The position numbers and the translations under genes are program-made. The notes under the pieces are model-generated. The model had not been told where the DNA came from. It searched no databases and saw nothing but the letters and a program-made list of their open reading frames with translations. A DNA stretch of 64,000 nt from Vicugna vicugna. Its lineage: Eukaryota. Numbering within the stretch: position 1 is the first letter of the stretch; each line of letters begins with the position of its first letter. Shown one piece after another: positions 22,214 to 33,241 of this stretch. The stretch lies in the NCBI GenBank assembly GCA_013265495.1, contig MU061578.1:3481308-3545307 (forward strand), in the 5' to 3' direction.

Positions 22214-25200
22214 ATGGCCTTGCAGACTGCTCGAACCCCACTGGAGTCCTATGGGACCTCAACTCATGGCAGCCTCCTGCTCCTGCTTCTAGGCCTCGGT
22301 GAGTAATGATGATGAGCTGTGGCAAAATACTGGAGTGCCAGAGAGCGTCCAAGGGTAGCTGTGGGTCCCTAGGGCTCGGGGCCTTAGGAAAGGCGCTACC
22401 TGCTCTATGCCTCCTTCCCTGGCTGTGGACAGTGCCCCCCAACCTTGCCCTAGGCAGGTGCCTCGAATCCTGGGCAGATGCTCTGAATCTAAGTAGGTGC
22501 CCTGAGCCCAGACAAGTGTCCTGAATCTCATCAGGTGCCTCAAGTCCCAGGTAGGCTGTCAGCCATATCTCTGCCCTGAGAGGTGACTATGTCCGGCACC
22601 CATGCTGGACTGCGGTGACCTATGGGGTTGGAGGTTGAGGCAGGGTGGTGATGGGGGCACAGGCCAAACTGAAGGTGCCCATGAGACAGGTGTCTGACTG
22701 CCCTGAGCAGCGAGGCCCCAGGAGGAGGCCTGTGCTCCCTGGTGTGGTGCTGCAGGACGTGATATCGTGGGGTGCAGGGGCCTAACCCTCTGCTTCTACA
22801 CCCATGGGGTGTGCACGGGGCTGGGAGGGGCCAGCTTTGTCTCCTTCCTCGCCAGGGTGGGGGACTGCAGCAGGCATTGCTAGAAGTTCCTGGCCATCCC
22901 CTTGAGCCTGGTGTGCCCTCCCCTGCAGGGTGGATGTTACCTTCCAGGGCCCAGGCTGCAGACACGGGATTGGTAAGGCCCCTCTGGGGAATCAAAGAGG
23001 GTTTTCTGGCCCTGGGTGGGGGTCCTTGAGCGCCAGGCTTCTCTGCTCAGTCCCAGCGCTGCTTTGTTCTCAGGGCCTCACGACCCCATGGCTGCAGCAC
23101 ACCTCCCGGGACCAGTCCTGGCCACAGCCTGAGCTGACTGTCATCATCCCAAGGGCCTGGCGGGGCACAGAGAGTGAGCACAGTGCCCAGCCCCATTGGG
23201 CGTCAGAAGATGTAGGGTGGGGGCTGGCATGTGATGTCTCACCTGCCTGCGCCTGTGGCCCTTCTTGTCAATCATGATGACCCAAGAGAGTGAACAGAAA
23301 CACCCCATTTTGCTGATGCATAAACTGAGACCCGGAGAAGTCATGTGTTGCCCAGGGTCTCAGTGTGGGTGTGGGAGGAAGAGGTTGATGGGAGAAGCCC
23401 AGTCCCCAACCCCCTGCCTACCCCTGCAGAGAAGGCCTGCCCCCCGGGGCGGAAAGCCCAAGTGGTGGATGAAAAACTCGTCTTCTACGAGGAGTGGGAG
23501 CTGGAGGCCTGTGTGGACGGGGCCCTGCTGGCTGCTCAGATGGACCGGGTGAACTTGATACCTTTCACCTACCAGCATCTCCACATTTTTAAGCGCAAAT
23601 TGGACAAGGTAGTTCAGGACTCGGGCTCCCACCTGCCTGCCATAGCTCTGCTTTCCCAGCTGCCCGGGGAGTGGCTGTGGCCCTCATGGTCACTTTCCGG
23701 GGAAGTTCTACCCACAGGGATACCCAGAGTCCCTGATCCAGCACCTGAGGTACTTCTTCCTTTCGGTCACCCCTGAGGACATCTACAAGTGGAATGTGAC
23801 ATCCCTGGAGACTGTGAAATCTCTGCTCGAAGTCAGCAAAGGACACAAGATGGATGCTCAGGTGACCATCTACCACGGTGGGGAGGGGCAGACACAGCAT
23901 GTGAGGTTGTGCAGGTCCAAGGGGATACATCTCTCGCTGCCCCAAGCCACCTAGTGGCCTCCTCCCACAGGTGGCTGCCCTGATTGCCCGCTATGTAGTG
24001 AGAGGGGGCCAGCTGGACAAGGCCACCCTGGAGACCCTGGCCACCCTCCACCCTACCTACCTGTGCCTTCTCAGCCCTGAGCAGCTGGGCTCCATGAGCC
24101 TCAATGTTGTCTGGTGAGTCCAGGGCTCTGTCAGGTGTGGTGAGCGTGCCATGCTCCCAGCTCACTGCCTGGCCCTGTGCTACCTCCCCAGGGTGACCAG
24201 GCCGCAGGACCTGGATGCATGCAGCCCACAGCAGATAGCCGTCCTCTATCCCAAGGCCCGCATTGTCTTCAAGAACATGACAGGGTCTGAATACTTTGAG
24301 AATATCAAGCCCTACCTGGGTGAGCCAGGGAGGACATGGCTGGGGAGGGGAGGGTGATGCCTGAAGCTCCCGCATCCATGCTGCCAGGTTCCCCCCTCAC
24401 TGGGCAGCCTGTTGGCCGTGTGACCAAAGTGTACCCTGTGTCCCTCCAAGTGTGTATAGGCTGAGATCCTGTGAGTTTTGGGCACCTCCAGCCTTTCTTC
24501 CAACCCAGAGGGTCAGGTGGTCACCAGGCAAAGGAATTTTTGGGAAAACTCTCAGGAAAGGAAGTGGCTTCTGGTAGCCTGTGGTCAGAGGGTGAGACTA
24601 GGGGCTGTTGCAAGCTCTCACACTTAGAGGGCCTTCTCCCATGGGCAGGTGGGGCCCCCATGGAGGACCTGCGGGCTCTCAGTCAGCAGAACATAAACAT
24701 GGACCTGGCCACGTTCAAGAAGCTGCAGACAGAGGCTGTGCTGGTACAACCACAGAGAAGGGGGGCATCCAGGGGTGGGGCCTTTGAGGGGTAGCCAAGG
24801 CCCTCTCCAAAGTCTGGAGGGGCCAAGGCAGGGTCTGGATGGGGAGGCATGGGGTGGGTGGTTTGGACACAGTAGAGGAAAGCAACCTTCTGGGAAAGGC
24901 AAGTGGACCCTGACTGCCGTCTGGGGGCCCTGGCAGCCGCTGACCATTGCTGAGGTGCAGAAACTTCTGGGCCCAAACCTGGTGGGCCTGAAGGCTGAGA
25001 AGGGGAACAGCCTTGTGCGGGACTGGATCTCCCGGCAGTCACAGGATGACCTGGACAGCCTGGGGCTGGGGCTCCATGGCGGCATCCCCAATGGCTACCT
25101 GGTTCTGGACTTCAACGTCCGAGGTGGGCTGGGGTGGCCGGGCGGGTGGGGTCAGGGCAGAGTGAGGGGGAGAGTGTGAGTCTTCCCTTCTCCACACAGA

Positions 25201-25288
25201 GGCCCTCTCGGGAGGCCCCCACCTTCTCAGACCAGGACCTGTGCTCATTGTGACCTCAAATCTGCTCCTGGCCTTCATCCTGAGCTGA
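22214..25288 (+). CDS. MSLN: Mesothelin, short form (401 aa) lacking most of the MPF domain; signal peptide and GPI signal
   Basis: Exons: 22214-22298, 22929-22972, 23074-23173, 23430-23608, 23706-23861, 23971-24113, 24192-24319, 24649-24743, 24937-25123, 25200-25288 (1206 nt, phases continuous). Peptides MALQTARTPL.., KACPPGRKAQVVDEKLVFYEEWELEACVD.., GGAPMEDLRALSQQN.., GGIPNGYLVLD.., and a hydrophobic C-terminus. Confidence 0.95.
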
Positions 25289-25379
25289 GCCCGTTGCTCT
25301 GGAGGCCCTGCTGTGGAGGCCCTGCCTGGCTGGGAGCAGGCCTGGGTGGTCCCTGTCCGACCTGAGGGCACCGAAGCAC

Positions 25380-25385
25380 AATAAA
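25380..25385 (+). terminator. MSLN poly(A) signal AATAAA
   Basis: About 90 nt after the stop codon. Confidence 0.85.
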
Positions 25386-25730
25386 AGAAGACCCATACCC
25401 CCCTCGCAGTGGTGCCCCCTGGTGTTTTGAGGACTGGGTGGGAGGGCCCCGGGTGGGAGGGCCCCTGATGGCTGTGACCCCATAAAGCATGGTTCCCTGG
25501 GTTGCAGCCCCCTCCTGTTTGCACCTGGAAAGAGGAGGGACTCCAGGCAGGAGGGCTCTTGGGACTTTCCTGCTGCTGTTTCCCCTGAGGCCAGGCCAAC
25601 ACTCAGTGTGGCTTCTAGTGACACTGTCACCCCAGGGGACTCCCTGGAAGTCCTGACCCCAGCTAAGAGGGTCTCTGTGCCTTCCTTAGGCCCAGAGCAA
25701 AGGAACACAGGCAGGAAGATCCCCTCGTCC

Positions 25731-25736
25731 TTTATT
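25731..25736 (-). terminator. MSLNL poly(A) signal AATAAA
   Basis: tttatt on the plus strand, about 175 nt past the MSLNL stop. Confidence 0.75.
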
Positions 25737-25910
25737 CAAATCCATCAGCAAAATCAGCCCCTTTGCCAACCCCCGTTCTTCATCTGGAAGAGGCCAGAGG
25801 GCAGGGCAGCGTCTCCCTCACTGGCTGGGGAAGTGACCCCGGGCTCAGGTCCTCAGTCTGGCTCCAGGTCCTGGGAGCTGGGTGTGGGCAGGGACCGGCC
25901 CTGTAGGCCC

Positions 25911-28900
25911 CTAGGACATGGGGCGTGGCCAGGTCCCCTGGGCCTGGTGCCTGTGTCTTGGCCTGAGTAGTTGTCCAGCTCCACTTAATAGCCCCAGTTT
26001 TCCTGCATGTGGTGCTGGGGCAGCACTGCCTTCAGAAGCTATGGTGCAGATGCCCCATGAGTGGTCCCAGCTAGGCTCCAGGGTGCCCCAATACAGCAGC
26101 CACAGGAGGCCTGAGGGCAGGGCTATGGCAAGTAGCAGGTACCCAAGGTGGGCTGGAGGGCTGCCTGTAGGTGGAACAAGGAGGGAGCACCCTTCAGTCT
26201 TGCTGGGTGCCCCCCGTTCCCACTCAAGGCTGTCCCACAGCCTCCGAGGCCTGGGCAGCCCCTGCCCTAGGCTGGAGGCTCACACCATCCCTGTGGGTGG
26301 GAAAAGCAATGAAGACCCCCATGCACAGCCACTCTTTTGGGCCAAGACAGGGACCTCATAGCTTCCCTACCCTCCACCTTCTGCAGCTCAGTGGGTTTGG
26401 GGGAGACAATTGTGTCCTTCACTAACTCGGCAGGTGATGCAGGGGAAAGCCAGTGTCACCCAGATGTCATCCGAGGAGGCAGATGGAAAGATTTGGCCAG
26501 CAGAGAATGAGACTGAGTGAAGATGAGAAGCTAGTAGCAGTCAGGGGTCTGCAGAGGGCCCAGGGCACAGAGGGCAAAGGGGGGATGTCCTGCTGAGGGG
26601 GAGGGTGGGTGCGGTTGTACCTGAGCTGGGGGCATCACTCCCAGGCTGGTCTGAGGTGGGGGCTAGCTGGGGTATCCAGGGTGTGGTGCTGGGGGTCCCA
26701 GTGGTTGAGTGGGCTGGGCCAGTGGGGCCAGTAGGGTCCGTGTCCAGGCCCAGCTCACCCAGGGCTGACTGGTTGAGGCTGCGGAGCCAGGAGCTGATGG
26801 TCGGGTGGCTGCGAGCCTTCTGCAGGTCCCCTACATTCTGGCCTAGCAGTGTGGTCACGTTGCCCACACTCAGGCTCTGCAAGGGAACCAGGGGGCCATA
26901 GAAGGAGGGACATGGGTCAATGTTTAACCAATCCAGGGGTGAGACCTGGCAGAACCAGCCTGGAGAAGTGACCTGGGGCCCACACTATCTGTACACCTCC
27001 AATTTGGGGATATTGGGGCCTGCAGACATGACCTAGGGCTCCCCAGCTCGGCCAGCCCTGCCCCACACCTGATGGGCAGCCCCTGGGCTCACCTGAAGCA
27101 CACAGGGGTTCAGGTTGGTAAAGGTGTCAATGTCCATGGAGACGTTAGCCTGGGCTAGGTGCCGCAGCTCCTCCACCGGGGCACCGCCTGGGGGTAGGGC
27201 AGTGGTGAGGGCTCTGGAGGAGGGCAGGGCTCCAGAGGAGGGGTGTCGCACACAGGGCGGGGTCTCACCGAGGTAGGGGCGCATGAGGCGGTAGTAGGCA
27301 GCCGCTGTCCTGGCACTGCTGAAGGCCTCTCGGGCCTTGGCGTAGAGCACGTTCTTCCGGCTCTGAGGGCAGGAGGAGATATCCAGGGTGCCGGCCAGCC
27401 TGGGGGAGGGTGTGGGGCTGAGGGCAGGCCAGCAGCCCCTCATCCTCTGGACATGGGGCCTGGCCCTCTCTCCCTGAGCCACAGCTTTCCTCTTCACCTT
27501 GGCATTGGGCTGACTAGTGTGTCCCCCAAATTCACATCCACCCAAAACCTCAGAATGTGACCTTATTTGGAAATAGGGTCTTTCCTATGTGCAGATATAA
27601 TCAAATTGAGATGAGGTCATGCTGATTTCGGGTGAGCCCTAAATCTAACCACTGGTCATAAGAAGAAATTTGGACACAGACATGGGGAAGATGGTTATGT
27701 GATGATGGGGGTAGAGATGGGGGTGATGCAGCACCAGAAGCTGGAAGAGGTAGGAAGAACCATCCCCTACAGGTTTCAGAAAGAGGTGGGTCTGCGACAC
27801 CATAATTTCAGACTTCTGGCCTCCAGACTGTGAAAGGATACATCTCTGCTGTTTGTAGCCACTCCCCTTGTTATGGTGGCCATAAGAAATGAGCATACCT
27901 CTGATGGCCTGGCCTGGGCCCCAGCCTGAGCCTCAGTGTCCCCCAACCTTCCTTGGCTAAAGAGTGGAGTTGGCTCAGAGCTGTGGAGGGTGAGTTGCTG
28001 GGTGGGCTCACCGGAACTCTGAGGGCTGGATGGCCTGGATCTGCCGGGGGCTCATCCAGCAGAGGCGGGAGCCCCCGATGGCCACAAGCAGGGCGCCAGT
28101 GACAGTGCCGTTATGGTCCAGGAACTTCTGCAGGATGGCCTGTGGGTAGGGTTGGGGTCAGCAAGGCTGGAGTCAGTGGAGCCTCCTACAGCCCCCACTG
28201 CCCTCACCTCCGTCTGGTTCTCCAGGGCCCCATCTGGGGCCAGCAGGGCCACAACTGTGTCCCTGGATGTGATGTGCCACCGGCCGATCTCACCATGGGA
28301 GTAGAGGTAGACCAGCGAGGGGATGAGCTGCAGCTGCTCCTCAGGGATGCCGCCCGGGTAGACCTGCAACGAGTGGTGGGTGGGGGTCAGGCCACACCGC
28401 TGGCCCCCAACTCACCTCCCACTACTGGTCCCCAGCGCACCTGAGCCAACTTGGTCTTGACGACTTGCTGGCACTCGGCAGGCAGCGGGTGCTGCAGCAG
28501 GGGGTCCAGGTTGGCCCTGAGCACGCGGTTGCCCAGGCAGGACTCGAGCTGTGAGCAGTCGTAGCGCACCAGGAAGAGGTTGTCCTGCAGCGTGGCTGCA
28601 GTGATGTCGCCGCGGATGCAGGTTCTCCCTGTGGCTGGGTGGGGTGCTGGTGTTGAGGACCGAGCTGGTCAGCCTCGGCCTGAGCTGACAACTGCTGCTG
28701 ATTTTGGGCCCCACTTCACTCCTAACCATGACCCACCCATGACTCTCGTCAAACTTGACCCCCTAGCCAAATACTTGGCCCAGACCAGACTGAGTCAACT
28801 CTGACCTTGACCTCAACTCCCAGTCCTGCCCCACCAGACTCTGACCACTCTGCTGAGGCTGGATGAAGACCCCTAGGCCAAGCTCAGGGGATTCAGTGTG

Positions 28901-31900
28901 GGTTGCCATGTCTCTGGTGCCCCCACTCCTGGATGAGGACCCTGAGCAGGGGGAGACGCAGTGTCCCCAGACACGGTGGCCACACTGACCTGTGTCCCTC
29001 TTGAACTGTGAGGAAACCAACTTGGCCTTGGCCTCGAGGAAGCAGGTGACAAAGCGCCTGGCATCATGCTGGCTGAGCTGCCCCTCCCGGCACATGGCCA
29101 CCATGCTGCCGAAGAAGTCCAGGCCCACGGCCTGGAGGGATGGGCCTGGAGAATCCACACCCTAGGGAGGGCCACCAGAGCCACCCGTCCCCTCCTCCCT
29201 CCCCTCAGACAGAAACTCTGTGATGGAGAGTGACCAGGGACACGACTTGGGCATCAGAATGTCTGTACAGCCGACCCGCAGGCCTAGACGGGCTGATGGA
29301 AGGTCGGCTGGAGCCCCTACCCTGCCCCAAGGTGCTGCCCTACCTCCTGCACCTGCATCCACAGGCCAGGGCTGATATAGGTGGCCAGAGGTCCCAGAGC
29401 CTGCAGCCCCTCCAGGTTCCAGGAGCCAGGGGGCCTGACGTGCAAAGGGGGGCTCTGTATCAGGTCTGAGTACAGTTCCCAGGGCTTGCCCAGCAGAGAT
29501 TCTTCCACCCCAGGCCTCTGGGGAGGGGGACTGCGGGGCCCAGCAGGTGGGGACAGCACCCCAAACCCATACACTGTAGGCAGCAGGGTCAGGGTGGGAT
29601 GTGAGCTGGGTCAGAGGCTGGAGGTCAGTGGGGCTGTGGACACCAGTCTCCAGGCCGCCTCCTCTCTCATCTCAAGGAGGGGAGGCCTGGGCAGAAGGGA
29701 CGGGCCCCCACCCACCCGAGCTTGGTCCTGCCACTGGCCAGCAGCCTGTTGAGGGCGAACTGCTGGGTGGCTGTCAGCCGGGGGCAGCGCAGCAGGTTCT
29801 GCAGCACACGGGGGTCTGCGGCCATGATGCTTGATGCGTCCATGTCACACACCAGGACCCCGAGGAGCAGCAGGTCAGAGGCACTGAGCCGTGGACGGGG
29901 CCCTCCCTGCAGGATAGCAGGTCAGCATGAGCTTGGTCCCACTCACCCATCCTGTCCTCGCCCGGCCAGCCCACAGCGCCTACCAGGCAGGCCAGGGCCC
30001 TGTGCTGCAGGGCGGCCCTCTGGTCAGGCAGGTTGGCCAGCAGTTCTGTGTCTCCCTGGGCGGCACGATGGATGAAGGCCCGGCAGTTGGCTTCTCTCAC
30101 CTGTGTCAGGCTGCGGGAAGGTAAGGAGCTGTCAGTAGGGCAGGGCCAGCTGGGGGGCCTCCAAATGACTGAGGTGCCCCTGGGAGCATGCTCAGCCCAG
30201 CCAGCCAGACGCTGGGCAGGGAGGGGCACTCACTCATAGAAGAGCAGCAGGTCCGGAGGGTGGAGCTCAAAGTCACGCTGGAGGCCTTGCCGGGCGGCCA
30301 GGTTGGCCAGGCAGCTGAGCTGGGCAGCGCAGGCACTTTGTCATGCCCTCGTCCCGCCTGGGCCCTACCCAGCCCCTTCCTCTCTGCCCGTCACCCTCCC
30401 CTCAGTGTGGGGCCCTCCTTGGGCCAAGCCCCTCACCCACCTCTCCACCCTCACCCCAAGTCCACCTGTCCCTTCTTTCCACCTGCCGGCTCTCTGTTAC
30501 TGGACTCCATGTCTTCCTCTTCTTGCCTCAACCTCCACGTCAGAACAGGCCTCAGAATGGGTCAAACCTAGCCTGAGAGCCCCCAACTTCCGGCATCAGG
30601 CTCCTGCCCACCCCAGCCCCCACGGCACCACAGTGGTTCCTGGAGTCCACTTATCCGCTGCCGACCCCGCCTGGGCTTCTTATCCCACTCACTTGGCCTA
30701 CTCTGGGGTTGTTTCAAATTTATTACTAGTTTTATATTAATTTTATAACAAGACAAAATGACAGCTTTTCTTCCTTTCTTTTTTTAAACTCAGGGGCTGG
30801 TGACTTTGTGTCAGCTGTGGGTCCTGGTGGGCTCAACCGGCCCTTCTCGTGGCCCAGGTAGGGGAGAGGCTAGCAGGCTGGAAGATCCCCCTGGGAGTCC
30901 GGACAACTTGGAGGCCAGGTGGGCAAGCCCTCGTCAAACCCAGAGCAAGAGGCAGGAGTCTGTGGGCAATTGGCTGAGAAATCCTGGCAATGGTCCAAAG
31001 TGGGCCGTGCTGGAAAATCACTCAAGGGAAGGAGATGCTGACCTCAGAGGCCAACTTCATGTCCCATCAGGTGACCTGAGAGGTGCATCTTAGGTGGCTG
31101 TGAAATTGGCAGGTTGGCCTACAAACAATGGATGCAGTTCTCTAGTGCGGGGTCCCTGTGCTCCAGGAGAGCTGCTCTATGTCCCGGCCCTGAGGTCCTG
31201 GCCTGGGTCCTCTGCTAAGGATGCCTCCCCTCCTGCCTGTCCCCGGGGCGCTTCTCCAGGGAGTCTACCCTTGCCCTCGACACCCAGGTGCTCACTGCAG
31301 GTGCCGCTGCTGACCTGCCAGGCTCTGAGGGGGACCTGCTGCAATGCCATCCTCCTGATCAAAGCTGCAAGCTGGTCCCGGGACAGCTGGCTGGCCGGCT
31401 GGCACCAGAAGCCTTGCAGGAGGGAGGTGTTGGCACTGGGCAGAAAGGAGGCAGACAGTGAGGGGCAGAGGGAGTGGGAGGCTGGGGGCCTCCAGGCTGC
31501 AGCATGCAGGATGATCACTCTTCAACACTGAGGAGTGAGACAGGAAGTGCAGACGGCCAGGCTCTAGTTTCACAGACACGCATGTGCACACACTCATTCC
31601 TCTGAGAGTACCTGGTTGGTGCCAGGCACCGAGCCATGGGTGGGATTAAAAGTGGCCCCTGAGTCCAGAGCGTCCAGACTCTGAGTCTACGCTTCCTCTG
31701 AGGCCTGGTTCCAGAGTTTAGGGCTCCATGGTCCCAGCGATGGCTGAGAGTTTGGAGAGCACCTGCCAGGCACCCACAGCCAGGCATTCCTCATGATGTG
31801 AATCTAATACAATTCATGCACGGGGAGGGGTCATGTCTCAGCTGGTCCAACTTGGCCTCCAGCTCTGCCTGATCAGTCAGCATAGTGGTCAACTGATTCA

Positions 31901-33241
31901 CAGCAGATGAGTGACTTCCAATCCCCCCTGCATGATACCCCTGGAGAGAGGTCCAGTTTGGAGTCTGAGAGGGAAGCAAAGCTTGAGGGGGAAACGAATG
32001 CTGAAAGGCCTCAGGACAAGAAGTGATTGCCTGCCAGGCCAAGGAGAGTAGTGCCAGCCATGTGCGCATGACTCTGGTGCAGGACACCAGCCTCCCTGAG
32101 CCGTCTCTGGTGAGTTACCTAGGCAGGCAGGGCCAGGCCCCCATGTTGGAGCCGGGAGTCAGAGCCCTGCCCCAGATGCCTGGGCCATCACATGCAGACC
32201 CTGGAGATGGTCCTTCCTTGTCCCCTACCCAGGCCTGCCAGGGAATCTGCTGCAGGAAATGTGATTGTGGACTTAGAACTTGCACTCACCTGGCCCACAG
32301 GTTGGCGCTGCTGGCATCCAGCCCTCCCTGGGAGGCACCCTTGGTGTTGGGAGGAGAGCAGTGGGCAGTGAGTGACACCAGGAGGGCAAGGCCCGGGCTC
32401 ACCAGGGCACCTGGAACAGAACAAGCTGTGAGCACGTGTGGGAGCATCCAGTGTGGGTCTGCCCAGGGCCTCTGTGTCTGCCACAATGGTGCTGGTCACC
32501 TGTCTATGCCAGCCTAAGCCTGAGCGCATGTGCCTGGGTGTGCTTCTGATCAGGTGAACATGTGTGTGACAGCGTGTCTAACTGTATAGATGACTGTCTT
32601 TGACATTGTATGCATGTGCCCCAAATGGTATGTGGTGATGAACACACATATGTGGTGGGTTGTATGTGTGTGGTGGCATGCATGCCCACACAGCATGCCT
32701 GTGTGTCTGGTGGTATGATTGTGTACACACCCGTGTGATGATGTGTCGGCATGTGCAGCAGGTGGCATGTGACTATGGAAGCTTGTGCACATGTATGTTG
32801 TGGCCTGTATACATGCCTACCAATGCCACATCTATAATGGCACATCCACGTGTGGATGGTGTGACCCATGTGTGTACACCTGGCAGGTGTACATGTGTGT
32901 AAACTCTTGCCTCCACCCCTCCCTCCACCCTCTGTCCTCACAGTCTGAGCCCCAAGATCCCCAAGCAGAGGGATGGGGTCAGCTACCATCTTCTCCTGAG
33001 CCCCTAGGTAGCTCCGTCCCTTCTAGCCATGGTCCCCCTCATCCATGCCTTGTCCCCACCAGGACCCCCAGGCCCAGTGCCCCATCTGTGCCGTCTCACT
33101 TCTCTTCCCTAATGCCCAGTGGGGGAGCCCTGGGGCAGGACCCCCAAGAGCAGACTAGAGGAAAGAGGGTGGTCCTGTCCCACTGGGGAGCTGCTTCCCG
33201 AGATGGGGAGGGAGGGTCATTTCACCTGCTCTGGGGCCCAT
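25911..33241 (-). CDS. MSLNL: Mesothelin-like protein, intact ORF (700 aa)
   Basis: Exons (minus): 33226-33241, 32290-32410, 31315-31435, 30234-30319, 29984-30110, 29716-29906, 29344-29434, 28990-29131, 28441-28628, 28208-28363, 28012-28139, 27269-27399, 27093-27187, 26621-26876, 25911-26164 (2103 nt, no internal stop). Peptides SLLQGFWCQPASQL, LVCDMDASSI, GGAPVEELRHLAQANVSMDIDTF. The start ATG (GCCATGG) is less certain than the rest. Confidence 0.92.
27501..27899 (+). mobile_element. MaLR solo LTR (MLT1-like) in an MSLNL intron
   Basis: 'gtgtcccccaaattcac', 'cctcagaatgtgaccttatttggaaatagggtctt', 'gacttctggcctccagactgtga'. Confidence 0.88.
32520..32900. repeat. Degenerate TG/CA-rich low-complexity tract in MSLNL intron 1 (similar tract at about 34540-34800)
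   Basis: Dense tgtg/catg/caca alternations without a perfect unit. Confidence 0.7.

Noticed and set aside
26769-26863. Homolog of human MIR662 hairpin, antisense to an MSLNL exon
   Set aside because: Similarity is explained by coding constraint on the MSLNL exon. The putative mature seed differs from the recalled human sequence (tcccctacattctgg vs tcccacgttgtgg), so there is no support for a functional miRNA.
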